Of a stretch of 64,000 nucleotides of DNA, positions 39,490 to 50,745 are shown piece by piece (position 1 is the stretch's first letter; each line of letters begins with the position of its first letter). Below the pieces are notes generated by a model. It made no database searches. It was not told where the DNA came from and saw only the letters and a program-made list of their open reading frames with translations. The DNA lies in NCBI GenBank assembly GCA_965205215.1, contig OZ242041.1, forward strand, positions 1,664,001 through 1,728,000. Reading direction: 5' to 3'. Made by a program: the position numbers and the translations under genes. This stretch comes from Nitrosopumilus sp. GTDB taxonomy: Archaea; Thermoproteota; Nitrososphaeria; Nitrososphaerales; Nitrosopumilaceae.

Positions 39490-40008
39490 TCAACCGGAGG
39501 CGGATTCAATCATCCGCAGGATTGCAGACACGGCCTCCCGGGGCGTGTCGGCGCCCTCGATCCTGACGTTTTTTCTATGATCCACATAGCCGTCCACGTA
39601 CGGGGCGACTGAGCCGCCCATGCCCCTTATGGCGACCATCGGCTTTTTGTGCATGTACGCGGCGCACACCTCGGACAGGGTGCCGGAACCCCCGCCTACG
39701 ATGATTATGCCGTCGGCGCTGAGCGCGTTTAGAAAGTCACGCGTCAGCCCCATCCCGGTGGGGATCACCACATCACAGTAGGAATTTGCAAACGACGCGT
39801 CATCCTGCGGCAGTATTCCCACCGACAGCCCGCCCGCCTCGCTTGCGCCACGCGATGCGGCCTCCATCACGCCCCCCAGCCCGCCGGTAATCAGCACGGA
39901 GTTCGAGTTGGCGATTGCCGCACCCACCTCGTATGCGGCATCCTCGTGCCGCGGAGTGCAGCCGTTTGTATTGTGTCCTATTACTAGAATCTGGCGCCTT
40001 TTTGTCAT
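39490..40008 (-). CDS. LOG/TIGR00725 family Rossmann-fold nucleotide-binding protein
   Basis: TGGLGGVMEAASRGA, GGGSGTLSE. Confidence 0.85.
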   Translation of the reverse strand: MTKRRQILVIGHNTNGCTPRHEDAAYEVGAAIANSNSVLITGGLGGVMEAASRGASEAGGLSVGILPQDDASFANSYCDVVIPTGMGLTRDFLNALSADGIIIVGGGSGTLSEVCAAYMHKKPMVAIRGMGGSVAPYVDGYVDHRKNVRIEGADTPREAVSAILRMIESASG

Positions 40009-40059
40009 GGCAGGGCGTGGAATTGGCAGGATATTATGATTTTCCCAGGGGGCCGGCCG

Positions 40060-43000
40060 TCACTCGATGAATATGGCAGGCTTGAACGGGCGGGCGTGGC
40101 GCGCCTTGGACTTTGGGTCGTAAATGCCAGGGTCGTCCTCCAGATACACGTCCGTCTTGGCCCCAAACGAGGCAGAGGCAATACCGGGCAGCTCGGATGC
40201 AAGGAATCTGAATTCTGAGAAGGGTTCTCGGCCGGTTGTGCCACCGGTATCGTTTGTAGTAACGTCATCATTGGAGCTGTCACCGTCGCTGTCACCAGTG
40301 GCGCCCGACGCGGCCAGCCGCGCCTCCCTTATTGTGACTGGATCGGACAGTATGTCGGTTATGGCCTTTTGTACATAATCCGGCATCTTTTTGGCATATG
40401 CGGCGCAGGGTCCCGACATGAGCCCGCCCATGACCTGCTTCATGGACGACTCCCCTCCGAGCACCGACTGCAGCACGTTCCGATATATGGCGCGCCTCGG
40501 GCTGCCGTCGCCTGACACGTACAGGATGACTCTGGAAGGGGTCATCTTTGTCACCTTTAGGATACTTGCAATGTCATCAAGCACTGACTTCAGCAGAGAC
40601 TCGGCCTGCAGCGCAGTGTGGTCGGCCGTCCCAAGGCCGGCATGTGCGGGCCACTCGTCCATGGCCCGCGCCTCACGCGAATAGCCGAGTGCATCGCGCA
40701 TCGACCCCGTCACGTGGGGTGCAAACGGCTGTAGCATGGTCACCCGGGATGTCATTACGGCATGCAGGACGCCGCGCGTATCTGATTCCGGGCGGCTCTT
40801 TGCAGCGGCCCTCCTGGCATGCCACTGCAGCACGGACTCGGTCTCAAACAGTACGAGATGCAGCGCCTCGCGGAGCCGCATCTTTTCCATCGACTCGCTT
40901 ACAGACGAGGTGATCTGCCGCATTCTGGACAGCAGCCATGCATCCTCTGGTGTCGGGGAGGTTCTCTGGAGGGCGCCCGCGCCGCCAGGGCCTGTCGCGT
41001 CCCCTACTCCGCCTCCTCCCCCTATGTCTCCCAGCCTGGCGCACTCTGCGTGCATCGCCTCAAGCTTGGAGCGCATCCCGTGCACGGACTCCATGTTAAA
41101 GTCCGCGTCCTGCAGCAGCTCTGCGGATATTATTATGGCAAGCCGTATGGGGTCGGCCCCGAACTCGCGTATGGCCTTGCGGAGCGGTATTATGTTTCCC
41201 ATGCTCTTTGACATTTTGGAGCCGTCCATGAGAACGGAGCCGTTCACCACTATGCCCCGGGGCCACATCTTCTGCGAGAATATTGCCACGTGGTTCAGCA
41301 CAAAGAACGTCAGGTGGTTCGGCACCAGGTCCCGGCCCGAGTGCCTGTAGTCGACGGGATAGAAATACTCGAACTCCCGGCGCATCGCCTCGAGCGCGTC
41401 GCCAGGGATTCCCGACTCTGAGCGCCACTTTGCCACTGCGGCATCCAGATTCCCGTCATGGTCGGCGCCAAACCGGGCGCCCGCGCCGCCGGCATCGCCA
41501 GCGTTCCGCCCCCGGCCCGCCATCACATACTCAAAGAACTCGGGCGTCATCTGCTCTGGGGTTACCGTCCCGTCGTTGACGAACCGGGATATTGTATAGT
41601 ACGCCATGTATATCACCGAGTCGGACAGGCTCTCTACAATCCAGCTGTCGTCCCACGGCAGCTTTGTGCCAAGCCCGTGCTGCCTTGCGCATGCGCGCTC
41701 GTGGAGCCAGTCCACCACGTGCGCGAACTCCTGCCGTATTTCGTCGGGAAGTATGTCCATCCCGTCGAGGCATTCGTGGGCGGCCTCCTTCCATTTGGGG
41801 TTGCCGTAGTTCAGGAACCACTGGTCGTTTAGAACCTTGACCACGCACTCAGAGCCGCACCTGCACCGCACGGGCGCGTCGGCAACCTCCAAGAATGTCT
41901 CTGCGCATCCGGAGTCGGCAAGCCACGCGCCCACCGCATCCTTGGCCTCCCTGACGGGCATGCCGCCGAACTGGGCAGTCGGGCCGTCCCTGCTCATCAC
42001 ACCCTCGTAGAACTCCTTGGAGTACAGCTCCTTGGTGGCGGGTTCCAGCCGGGGATCCGACTGTCCCGCGCAGTCGGGTATGGCAGACACGGCGTCTGCT
42101 GCCGGGACGTCCCCGTACCCGTCGGTGCGGATTATCGAGATTGGCAGGATGGAGGCCGCCGCGGCAGAAGACCCTTGCGGGACGCTGCCGTCGCCGTCGC
42201 GTCCGTCCCGGAGGTCTTGCAGCGCCTGCCAGTCGTATGGCGCGTGGGCGGGAACGGACATTACAATCCCGGTGCCCGTGCCGGGCTCTACGAATTTGGC
42301 CGGCAGTACGGGGATTCGGCGGCCCGGGCCGTCGTTGCGCGGTTGTTGCTGCTGCTGTTGTTGTTGTTGTGGAGGCATCAGCATCGGTTCCGATGCCATC
42401 TCCCCCACCAAGTCAGAGCCGGCAATCTCGCCCTCGTCACGTACGTCATATCCCAAAAATCCCAGCTTGTACGCGCACTCGGCGCTTACAATCCACTTTT
42501 CCGCCTTTGCTCCGTCATCTTCGCCGCCACCGTCCCTCGATACTGCAACCTTCCTGTATGGCGTGTCGGGATCAACCCACAGGTTTGTCACACCAAATAT
42601 GGTCTCCGGCCGCAGCGTTGCGACAGGCACCGTATAGTCGCCCACGGCAAACTTTATCATGACATATTCGGTGAACGCCGGCTCCACATCGCCCAGCGTG
42701 TCGTGCTGCGAGACGGGGTTCTGGTCCTTTGGGCACCACCCGACCGGATGCGAGCCCTGTATGATCAGGTCCAGCCTGCGGAGGGTCGAGATCTGCCACT
42801 CTACAAACTTGGAGTACGCCGGGTCTATGGTGGTAAACTCGCGCCTCCAGTCTATCGAGTAGCCCATCTCCTTCATGCCCATCTTGATCTCGTTGTGAAA
42901 GTAGCGCGCGATGGCAAGGGGGTCTGCAAACGTCTCTATGTCACGCTCCGGCACTCCGTAGATGTCGCGGAGGTTTCCGATCAGCTCCGCGTCCCCGTCC

Positions 43001-43314
43001 TGCACCCGCCGGGACATTCCGAGTATGGGGGTGCCCGTGTAGTGGAACCCCATGGGGAACAGCACGTTGTACCCCCTCAGGCGCCAAAAGCGGGCGTGTA
43101 CGTCGGCAAGCGTGTACGTCCTGCCGTGGCCTATGTGCTGCGGGGAGTTCGGGTAGGGGTACGCCACCGTGACGAACTTTTTTGGGCGCGAGTCGTCGGG
43201 TTCGGCCTCAAACGCCTTGGAGTCGGCCCATACCTCTTGGCATGCGGACTCGACTGACCGCCACCAGTCGGGGCCGTTCTTTCTGGGTGCAGTAGTAGTG
43301 GTGTCAGGAGCCAT
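40060..43314 (-). CDS. leuS: leucine--tRNA ligase
   Basis: YPYPNSPQHIGH, ATLRPET, GTGIVMSVPAHAP, KMSKS. Confidence 0.96.
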   Translation of the reverse strand: MAPDTTTTAPRKNGPDWWRSVESACQEVWADSKAFEAEPDDSRPKKFVTVAYPYPNSPQHIGHGRTYTLADVHARFWRLRGYNVLFPMGFHYTGTPILGMSRRVQDGDAELIGNLRDIYGVPERDIETFADPLAIARYFHNEIKMGMKEMGYSIDWRREFTTIDPAYSKFVEWQISTLRRLDLIIQGSHPVGWCPKDQNPVSQHDTLGDVEPAFTEYVMIKFAVGDYTVPVATLRPETIFGVTNLWVDPDTPYRKVAVSRDGGGEDDGAKAEKWIVSAECAYKLGFLGYDVRDEGEIAGSDLVGEMASEPMLMPPQQQQQQQQQPRNDGPGRRIPVLPAKFVEPGTGTGIVMSVPAHAPYDWQALQDLRDGRDGDGSVPQGSSAAAASILPISIIRTDGYGDVPAADAVSAIPDCAGQSDPRLEPATKELYSKEFYEGVMSRDGPTAQFGGMPVREAKDAVGAWLADSGCAETFLEVADAPVRCRCGSECVVKVLNDQWFLNYGNPKWKEAAHECLDGMDILPDEIRQEFAHVVDWLHERACARQHGLGTKLPWDDSWIVESLSDSVIYMAYYTISRFVNDGTVTPEQMTPEFFEYVMAGRGRNAGDAGGAGARFGADHDGNLDAAVAKWRSESGIPGDALEAMRREFEYFYPVDYRHSGRDLVPNHLTFFVLNHVAIFSQKMWPRGIVVNGSVLMDGSKMSKSMGNIIPLRKAIREFGADPIRLAIIISAELLQDADFNMESVHGMRSKLEAMHAECARLGDIGGGGGVGDATGPGGAGALQRTSPTPEDAWLLSRMRQITSSVSESMEKMRLREALHLVLFETESVLQWHARRAAAKSRPESDTRGVLHAVMTSRVTMLQPFAPHVTGSMRDALGYSREARAMDEWPAHAGLGTADHTALQAESLLKSVLDDIASILKVTKMTPSRVILYVSGDGSPRRAIYRNVLQSVLGGESSMKQVMGGLMSGPCAAYAKKMPDYVQKAITDILSDPVTIREARLAASGATGDSDGDSSNDDVTTNDTGGTTGREPFSEFRFLASELPGIASASFGAKTDVYLEDDPGIYDPKSKARHARPFKPAIFIE

Positions 43315-43453
43315 TCCGTACGATCCCCCGTCCAGATCCGCGTTTTATCACTGTAGTTGTGGCGCTCGGATCCGTCATTATTACCATTGCCATTGTCGTC
43401 ATTACCATTACACCTCAGTATAATGTCATCATTGCGGTCACCGTGGGCGGCGC

Positions 43454-46417
43454 TCACGGGTCACCGGTGACGGCCCCCGACAGCATGCCGCGTATGGCAG
43501 ACTCGGCGGCCCCGGCGGCCCCCTCGATGCGCGAGGTGTTCGTGCCGCCGCCCTGCGAGAACGCGGCGTCGTTACTGCTCGAGCCGCCCCCCAGGACGGC
43601 GGATGCGGCTGCCGCGATTTCAGAGGCGTTGATGCCGCGCGACACGGCGCCGGCCCCCGCATATGCAACGACGCGCACCGTGGGCCCCGCCGCAAAGAAT
43701 CCCACGTATGCAGAGTGCGGCATCTCCCTTGCCATCCTCTTGCCGAGGTTCGTGTGAAAGTGCTCGCCGCGTTCCGTGTCGCGCACCACGCACGCGACGA
43801 CGCGGTCATCTGCCCGCCCGACGGACGTGGATTCGGCGGATGTGTCATCGCGTCCGTCGGGCCGCCCATTTTGCGCGGGCCGTCCCACGAATACGCGCAC
43901 GCCCTCGGGCGCGTCTATCATAGTTATGCCGTTTGCGGCCGCGTCGCTCCCCGCGGCATCAGATATGGCGGCCGCAACCGCCTCGTTTACGGCGCGCATG
44001 ATGCCGGGTATCGCCTTGCGGGCCTCCTCCTTGCTCGAGTCGCGCCTGCGCCGGGTCTCCTCCCTAATGGCCGCGTCCCTTTGTTCCGCCTCTGCCGCGC
44101 GCCTCTGCTCGGCCTCGTACCGGTACGCGGCGTCCCCGGACACGAACTCAAGCCTCACCACGCCGTCCTGTATGCGCTTTGTGCGCGTTATCCTGATCTT
44201 CTTGATGCGCCCCGTCTCCGGCACGTGCGTCCCGCCGCACGCCTCTATGTCCACGTCGGATATCGACACGATCCGGACCGCCTTGACGGGAACGACACCT
44301 CCCTGGTATATGCTGAACCCGTACCTCTGCTCGGCCTCGCCGCGCTCCATGTAGTTGATGGAGACCGGCAGGTTGTCAGACACCATCGCGTTGGCCGCGT
44401 CCTCTATATCCTGCACCTGCTGCCCGGAGAGCGGCGAGTGGTGCGTGATGTCAAGCCGGGCGTGGTCCACATCCTTGAATGCAGAGTGCTGCCACACCCA
44501 CGAGCCCAGTATGCGGCGCGAAGACGCGTTGAGTATGTGCGTGGACGTATGGTGCTTGGTGATGGCGTCGCGCCGGGCCGAGTCAACCACGCACTTGACG
44601 CGGCGGCCTGCATTTGGAGCGGGGGTGGCGGATGCTGCTGCCGCTGCTGCGACTGTTGTTGTCGTTGTCATAGTTTCACCTCCGTCGTCGTCGCCGCCGC
44701 CGCCTTCAAGCACGTGCAGTATTACGCCCGCGTGGTTTTGGACGTCTGCCACTGCGCGGCCGTCTATAGTGCCGTGGTCCGGCTCCTGCCCCCCGCCGCG
44801 CGCGTAAAACGAGGTGCGGTCTAGCGCCACCACGTTCCCGCGCGACCACAGCACGGCGGCCTCAAACTCGCGCGGATCGTCGCCGTAATACAGCAGCTCC
44901 GTGTCCGGGATTCCGTCCGGGACATCTGCGGCGGCGGCATCGTCCCTGGCGCCCCTCTCCGACTGGTGCAGCTCCGATATGCGGGAGTAAAAGTCCGACG
45001 GCACCTCGGATATGACGCCCTGTTCGACGAGATACTCGGGCGTTATCCCGTCAGAGTCGTACAGCACGACAAGGGCCTCCGCGTCGGGAGGGCCCCCGCG
45101 CCTCTGCACCTTTGCGACCTTTTTCTGCATCGTGGAGCGTGACTCGGCGTACCGCCCCGTCTCGATGCGCAGTATCTGCTTTATGTCGTCGCGCTTGGAG
45201 TCCAGCTCCGGGTATGTCCCGCGCAGATAGTCGATGTGTGCGTCCACCAGGCGGTCCAGATCGGCCGCGTCCGACGCGCCGAGCCTGCGTATGCGCTCGC
45301 CTATCCGGCGTATCATCATGCGCAGGTTGTACCCCCCGCCCACGTTGCTTGGGAGGGCCCCGTCGGATATCGCAAATATCAGGGTGCGCACGTGGTCGGC
45401 GATCATGTAAGAGTCCTCGAGGGGCTCTATCACCCGCGAGGCCTCGCGGTCGGATATGCCGGCCCCCCGCATGGCGCGCCTCCTCACGTCCCAGAGATCA
45501 TCGTACTTGTCAAGCGTCTTTGCAACCTCCGTGTAGTACCTCCCGAGCATCCCGGGATCCGCGTCCGAAATCCCGAGCGCGTCCCGTATCATGGCGTCGA
45601 CCCCGCCAAAGCAGCAGTCGTATGAGGTGGGAGTCCCCATGGTGATCCATGCAAGCCGCTCCAGTCCCGCCCCCATGTCTATTATGCGCCTATCAAGGGT
45701 GGTGTGGCGCCCAAGCTCGCCCTGAAACTCGGTAAACACCGCGTTTCCAAGCTCAAGCCCCCTGACAAAATACTCGAGGGACGGCCCAAACGAGCCGCCG
45801 CCGGCCCACACGTCCTCGACGAATACGATCTCCTCCGGCGCGATGCCGAACGGCCCCGTGAGCATGCCATAGTCGAGGCGGATGCACTCGTCCTTCCAGT
45901 ATCCGCCGTCCATGTCCGGCACGCTGTGCTGGCCCACCATGCAGAAGCTGGAAAAGTGCCTGCCCGTAACCCCCACGTTCTCCAGATCCTTGAACCGCAG
46001 GCAGGTCTGCGGCACCACGAGCGGGTTTGCCGGAAACTCGAACACCACCTTGGAGCCCATCACCCGCTGAAAGTCCACGATCGACGCTATCGTAAAGTAG
46101 AGGTCGTCGCGCCAGCGGCACACCACGGGGTATCTTCCGATTGCGGCGTGCCCGTTGCCCTCAAAGTATGCGCGTACCTGCTCCCAGGCCTGGGCATAGT
46201 CGAACCTGCGCGCGGTCGGGGGATCTCCTATAAACGAGTACGTGTCGGTGGCGTCGTCGGGGCACCGTGTGCGCGACGCGTCAAGCGTCCAGAAGAACCT
46301 GCCGCACACGTCACACGGCACGCGTGCAAAGCCGGCGTCTGCGAACAGCTCCACGGCGTAGTACCTGCCAGGCTCGGAGGAGAACTCTCTTAGAATCTCG
46401 GCCTTTTTGCCATCCAA
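43454..46417 (-). CDS. alaS: alanine--tRNA ligase
   Basis: QTCLRF.D..NVG.TGRH, IDMGAGLER, ADHVR, HTSTH..EACGGTH editing motifs, DHHA1-like GGG..QGGG. Confidence 0.96.
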   Translation of the reverse strand: MDGKKAEILREFSSEPGRYYAVELFADAGFARVPCDVCGRFFWTLDASRTRCPDDATDTYSFIGDPPTARRFDYAQAWEQVRAYFEGNGHAAIGRYPVVCRWRDDLYFTIASIVDFQRVMGSKVVFEFPANPLVVPQTCLRFKDLENVGVTGRHFSSFCMVGQHSVPDMDGGYWKDECIRLDYGMLTGPFGIAPEEIVFVEDVWAGGGSFGPSLEYFVRGLELGNAVFTEFQGELGRHTTLDRRIIDMGAGLERLAWITMGTPTSYDCCFGGVDAMIRDALGISDADPGMLGRYYTEVAKTLDKYDDLWDVRRRAMRGAGISDREASRVIEPLEDSYMIADHVRTLIFAISDGALPSNVGGGYNLRMMIRRIGERIRRLGASDAADLDRLVDAHIDYLRGTYPELDSKRDDIKQILRIETGRYAESRSTMQKKVAKVQRRGGPPDAEALVVLYDSDGITPEYLVEQGVISEVPSDFYSRISELHQSERGARDDAAAADVPDGIPDTELLYYGDDPREFEAAVLWSRGNVVALDRTSFYARGGGQEPDHGTIDGRAVADVQNHAGVILHVLEGGGGDDDGGETMTTTTTVAAAAAASATPAPNAGRRVKCVVDSARRDAITKHHTSTHILNASSRRILGSWVWQHSAFKDVDHARLDITHHSPLSGQQVQDIEDAANAMVSDNLPVSINYMERGEAEQRYGFSIYQGGVVPVKAVRIVSISDVDIEACGGTHVPETGRIKKIRITRTKRIQDGVVRLEFVSGDAAYRYEAEQRRAAEAEQRDAAIREETRRRRDSSKEEARKAIPGIMRAVNEAVAAAISDAAGSDAAANGITMIDAPEGVRVFVGRPAQNGRPDGRDDTSAESTSVGRADDRVVACVVRDTERGEHFHTNLGKRMAREMPHSAYVGFFAAGPTVRVVAYAGAGAVSRGINASEIAAAASAVLGGGSSSNDAAFSQGGGTNTSRIEGAAGAAESAIRGMLSGAVTGDP

Positions 46418-46688
46418 TATCTCAGTTGCCGCCGCCCTGTATTAATACCGTCAATTTGCAGGCACGTGTCGGCAGCGTGAGCCGGCAACGACATTGCTGC
46501 AAGGCCGCGGGCAGCGCGCCGTACCAATTGCCATCATTAGATCATCGCCAGCTGTAGCGGCATACGCAACAGCGGCAGGCACACAACAGCGGCAGGCACA
46601 CAACAGCGGCAGGCACGCAGCACCGGCGGTAGCCGAGTGCCTGATCTGTGCCCGTACGCCAAGTCGGGTGCGTATTCTCAAATTTTAA

Positions 46689-47225
46689 ATGTCCAACAGG
46701 CGCAGCAGAGTCATGTTCGGCAAGGGTCCAAAAAAGCTCGAGGAGGGCACAAACATATTCTCAGTCAGGCAGAACGGCGAGTTCAAGGACTTTGTGGTCG
46801 GGACGGTCACCGGCATGGACGGCCGCAGGGTGGGCATCAACGGGATCATAGTCAACCCGGTGGGCCTCAAGAACAAGCTTGCGCAGGGCAAGACGGGCGA
46901 GCGCTCAAGGGAGATACTCACGAACCCGACCCCCGACAACATAGTACTGGCGCTCATCTACAGGGTCGAGTACGAGACCTTCAACGAGATACTGAACCTT
47001 GACGAGGACAAGTGCGACATCATACCCCCGCGCATATACCTGATGCTTGACGGGTGGGTCCGCGAGTTTCTGCCAGAACTCCTCAACAAGGTGCTCTCGC
47101 TGCCGCCCGGCCCCGAGAGGGACGAGGCAAAGCGCGTGCTAAAGCACCGCATGGACACCCTGACTGACAAGCATCTAAAGCGCACCCTGTACTCTGTATG
47201 CAGGAGCCTGAAGATACTCAACTGA
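46689..47225 (+). CDS. hypothetical protein
   Basis: 178-aa ORF with strong host codon bias; true start may be ATG 46713. Confidence 0.7.
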   Translation: MSNRRSRVMFGKGPKKLEEGTNIFSVRQNGEFKDFVVGTVTGMDGRRVGINGIIVNPVGLKNKLAQGKTGERSREILTNPTPDNIVLALIYRVEYETFNEILNLDEDKCDIIPPRIYLMLDGWVREFLPELLNKVLSLPPGPERDEAKRVLKHRMDTLTDKHLKRTLYSVCRSLKILN

Positions 47226-47287
47226 CTCCCCCCTCCCCCGAGCCGCCCTCTATAATTTTATATAGCGTCCTCCGACGCCCCACACAC

Positions 47288-47602
47288 ATGGAATACGTCT
47301 ATGCGGCATTGCTTCTTCACAAGCTCCAAAAGGATGTAAGCGAGGAGAACGTCAGCTCTGTCATAAAGGCGTCGGGCGCAGAGGTCAACGAGGCGCAGGT
47401 AAAGTCCCTAGTGGCCGCCCTGGCAGACGTCGACATTGACGAGGCCGTAAAGGCAGCCCCGGTCGCGGCAGTTGCGGCTGCACCTGCTGCGGGAGCGGCA
47501 GACGCAGGCGAGGCAGCCGAAGCCCCCAAGGAAGAGGAGAAAAAGGAAGAGGGCAAGACCGAAGAGGCCGCCATGGAAGGACTCTCATCACTCTTCGGAT
47601 GA
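47288..47602 (+). CDS. rpl12: 50S ribosomal stalk protein P1 (L12p)
   Basis: [11 protein letters not shown], Ala/Glu hinge, GLSSLFG. Confidence 0.96.
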   Translation: MEYVYAALLLHKLQKDVSEENVSSVIKASGAEVNEAQVKSLVAALADVDIDEAVKAAPVAAVAAAPAAGAADAGEAAEAPKEEEKKEEGKTEEAAMEGLSSLFG

Positions 47603-47717
47603 CGACAGCCACAAACACACTCATTTATCACAATCTAACGGCGCGTGGGGCCGTTTCACAGGCGCGCAGGCCTGCCTCATCAGCATCCTTAAAGTCTGGA
47701 CGCACCCATGACGTGCA

Positions 47718-48155
47718 ATGCCTGCAGGTGGCAAGGGCGGGGCAAGAAGATGGATACTCTCAGTGGCGCCCAGCATGTGGCGCGCGATAGAGAGAAACGG
47801 AGCGTACGCGACCGCGTCGGTGCCGGAGATCTCCAAGATAAGGAGAGGAGACCTCATCGCGTTCTACGTGCTTGGCACCGGCAGGTTCAACGGCATATTC
47901 GAGGTTTCAGGAAAATGGCACGAACCCACGTGCAGGTGGCCCGTCCGCGTTACGGACGAGGCGTGCATGAGGAGTATCAGGACGGGGACCGCGACCATAC
48001 GGGGCATGCTGCCGTCGCTGCACCTTGCAAAAAAGAGCAGGTGGGTCGGGCTGCACCTGCACGGCGGACTCGCAAACTACGGCAGGCCCATATCCGCGTC
48101 GGACTACAGGACGATATCAGAGCACATGAGAAGGAATCCCCGACTGGCAGTGTGA
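47718..48155 (+). CDS. EVE/PUA-like domain protein
   Basis: WILSV...IRRGDLIAFYV...FNGIFEV...PISASDY. Confidence 0.6.
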   Translation: MPAGGKGGARRWILSVAPSMWRAIERNGAYATASVPEISKIRRGDLIAFYVLGTGRFNGIFEVSGKWHEPTCRWPVRVTDEACMRSIRTGTATIRGMLPSLHLAKKSRWVGLHLHGGLANYGRPISASDYRTISEHMRRNPRLAV

Positions 48156-48256
48156 CCGTCGTATAGGAGAGGGAGAAGGGGAAGGGGAAGAGGTGGAACG
48201 GATATGCGTAAGGTCGGCAGGAATGCAGGCGTCCGGCACTAGAACCAACGGCGGCT

Positions 48257-49123
48257 CTACTGTGGTTCGTACCCTTCTGCGCTCTGCGCGAGGGCCCTTG
48301 CCCGGGCGTCGGCCCTCTGCAGCACCTGCTCCCGGGTCTCATCTGTGAGATATCCGGACTCGACTGACAGTGAGCGCGCATGCTGCGAGGCCTTTGCAAG
48401 TATCTGCGTGACGTTCTCCGGAGTCACATAGGCCGCCTCCACTGACAGCGAGAGCGCCTCCTGGTGCGCCGCAATTACAGAGTCGCGGAACGCCTCCACG
48501 TCTATCGTCAGGTCGTCTTCGGCGTATACCAGTCCGTCCTCGAGCGCCGCGTAAAGCGATATGCCGGCCTCCACGGGCTTTATGTCAAGCTTGCCCAGTA
48601 TGGACGCAAGCTTGTCGTTTATCACCTCGCCCTTGTGCACGGGCGTCGTGTCCTTTGATATCCATATCGTGCCCTGGTCTATCTTTGTGGGTATGCCGGC
48701 CTCCTTGAACTCCGTAAGCATTGGACCGGGCGCGATCCCCGTATTCATCTCGGGCACCACCACGTCCATGCTGGAGGTGTCCCCGCCGCGTGCGGCCATC
48801 ATTATCTTGTTCTTGCCGAGCAGCATGTTGAGGCGGAAAGGCGACATGTCGGTGAACATCAGCATGCACTGGCCCACGAGCTCCTTTGCAATCCCGGCAA
48901 TCCCGGGTATGTCGAGCCCCTGGAGCGCCTTTTTTGCCACCCTGTCCTTTATGTTCACAAACAGCACGTCGTCCTTGAGTGTCTTGCGCAGCGGCAGTAT
49001 CTGCGCCCCCCGCACCTTGTCAAGCTTTACGAGCGCCAGCACCCTGTATCTCTTCGGAAGGCTCTGGAGCTGCTGATACATCTGCGTCTTCTTTGGCGAG
49101 TATGTGGTCCTGTTCTCATGCAA
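48257..49123 (-). CDS. rpl10: 50S ribosomal protein uL10 (P0)
   Basis: NTGIAPGP, GIPTKI..G.I.I, KLDIKP; overlaps rpl1. Confidence 0.93.
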   Translation of the reverse strand: MHENRTTYSPKKTQMYQQLQSLPKRYRVLALVKLDKVRGAQILPLRKTLKDDVLFVNIKDRVAKKALQGLDIPGIAGIAKELVGQCMLMFTDMSPFRLNMLLGKNKIMMAARGGDTSSMDVVVPEMNTGIAPGPMLTEFKEAGIPTKIDQGTIWISKDTTPVHKGEVINDKLASILGKLDIKPVEAGISLYAALEDGLVYAEDDLTIDVEAFRDSVIAAHQEALSLSVEAAYVTPENVTQILAKASQHARSLSVESGYLTDETREQVLQRADARARALAQSAEGYEPQ

Positions 49124-49784
49124 ATCTCTTCTTGACCTCCTGTACCTGTTTGACCGGCTTGCCCATCGAGGTCTTTACCATCACGCGCTTTATGTTCTTC
49201 TCCCCGTTTGGAAGCTTTCGCTCTATTGCACCCAGCACGGCATGGGCGTTTACTGCCAGGTCTTCGTCGCTCATGGTCTCGTCCCCAATCTTGCACGATA
49301 TCGAGAGCGACGCGCGCGTTCTCACCCTGATCGACGATCTGAACCTCTCAAGAAACGACTCGATGGGAGCGTTGAACGGGACCGGGGTCGGCATCTTTCC
49401 GCGGGGCCCGAGCAGCTGGCCCAGGGCCTTTCCGACGGCGGGCATCATCTGCGTGTCGGCAAGGAAAAAGTCGTACTTGTTGATGAACTTGCGCGACTCG
49501 CGCTTGTTTGCAGCAAAGCCGTCAAGCTCGTCGCCGCCCACTACCGCGTCGGCGTTTGCCTGCTTGGCCTTTTGGCCCATGTCGCCCCCCGCTATCACGC
49601 AGACCGACGCAGGGGAGCTGGTCTTTGGCAGCTGCACGGTCTCGTTTATCGCGAACCCCTTTTTGACATCTATGTCCTTGAATGCGACTACAAGCTCCAC
49701 GGACTGGGTAAAGTTGCGCTTCTTCTGCCCCTCGGGCTCCTTTGCGCCCTTTATCAAATCGGCAAGCTGCGCCTCGGCAATCAT
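49116..49784 (-). CDS. rpl1: 50S ribosomal protein uL1
   Basis: KRNFTQSVEL, LGPRGKMP, VKTSMG. Confidence 0.96.
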   Translation of the reverse strand: MIAEAQLADLIKGAKEPEGQKKRNFTQSVELVVAFKDIDVKKGFAINETVQLPKTSSPASVCVIAGGDMGQKAKQANADAVVGGDELDGFAANKRESRKFINKYDFFLADTQMMPAVGKALGQLLGPRGKMPTPVPFNAPIESFLERFRSSIRVRTRASLSISCKIGDETMSDEDLAVNAHAVLGAIERKLPNGEKNIKRVMVKTSMGKPVKQVQEVKKRFA

Positions 49785-49888
49785 TACGCAACGCCTGATA
49801 TGGTGCCTATTTAAAACCGTTTACGGACTGCCAGTCCACCCGTTGTTGTCGTCGCCGGCGCCGCGTCGCTCCATGGCGCGCCCCGGCA

Positions 49889-50422
49889 TCAGTCCCGCGA
49901 GTCCAGCGTGGTGTGCACGCCTCCTTCCGCCCTCTGACATTCGTCATCCTCCCACTCCGGCACGATCCACACGTCGTCACCCACCTCCTCGCCGCAGTAC
50001 GCCGCGTACCCCATCACGTCCCTGCCCGAGTATGACGACTTTCTGAACGCCGCGGCCACCCGGATGTCGGACGCGTACCTACCCAGTTTCCGCACCACGC
50101 CGCGCATCGTATCGCCGGTCTCAAGCACGTCGTCGACGACCAGCATGCGGTACGCGCCTCTCCGCGGCATCCTGATCTCGTCTACGCGTACCGCATGCAG
50201 GACGTTTCCGGAATCGCCGTATTTTGACGCCTTTACCCGCGCCAGCTCAGCAGGCGTCTCACACGCAGTGTTGACGTGCGCCAAGGCCATGCCGGCCGGC
50301 ACGCGCCCGCCGCGCTCCACGGACACTATGACGTCAGGCTCCCACCCGTCGGCCAGCACCTCTGTCATCACGGCATGCATGATCTCGTCCACGTCCGCAT
50401 ACGACCTTGTCTCATATCTCAT
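49889..50422 (-). CDS. type I phosphoribosyltransferase
   Basis: RGG, LVVDDVLETGDT PRPP-binding loop, WIVPEWE. Confidence 0.85.
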   Translation of the reverse strand: MRYETRSYADVDEIMHAVMTEVLADGWEPDVIVSVERGGRVPAGMALAHVNTACETPAELARVKASKYGDSGNVLHAVRVDEIRMPRRGAYRMLVVDDVLETGDTMRGVVRKLGRYASDIRVAAAFRKSSYSGRDVMGYAAYCGEEVGDDVWIVPEWEDDECQRAEGGVHTTLDSRD

Positions 50423-50745
50423 ACCAACGCGTCCACCCCACCATGTAAAACCGTTGGCCGTGACGATTATGGGCCTCCGGGATCCGATCTGGGCGGGGGG
50501 GGTGAGCAGAGTCGGTAGTGCCATGGACAGGACGGTTCCAGGCCGCGGCCCTCGAACCGCCGCATGCATCTCCGGAGGCGGCTCGACAACTAGCAGGCAT
50601 GCCACCTGCCCGCTCCCGCCGGCCCGGCGCAGAGAATCGGCCGCGGGAGGATAAAAACGGCAGTCACTTCCTTGTTACGCATCCGGGCAGCGGCACGATC
50701 CCGCACGTCCAATAGGTTTATTCCACATCAAGAATTCAGAACGGC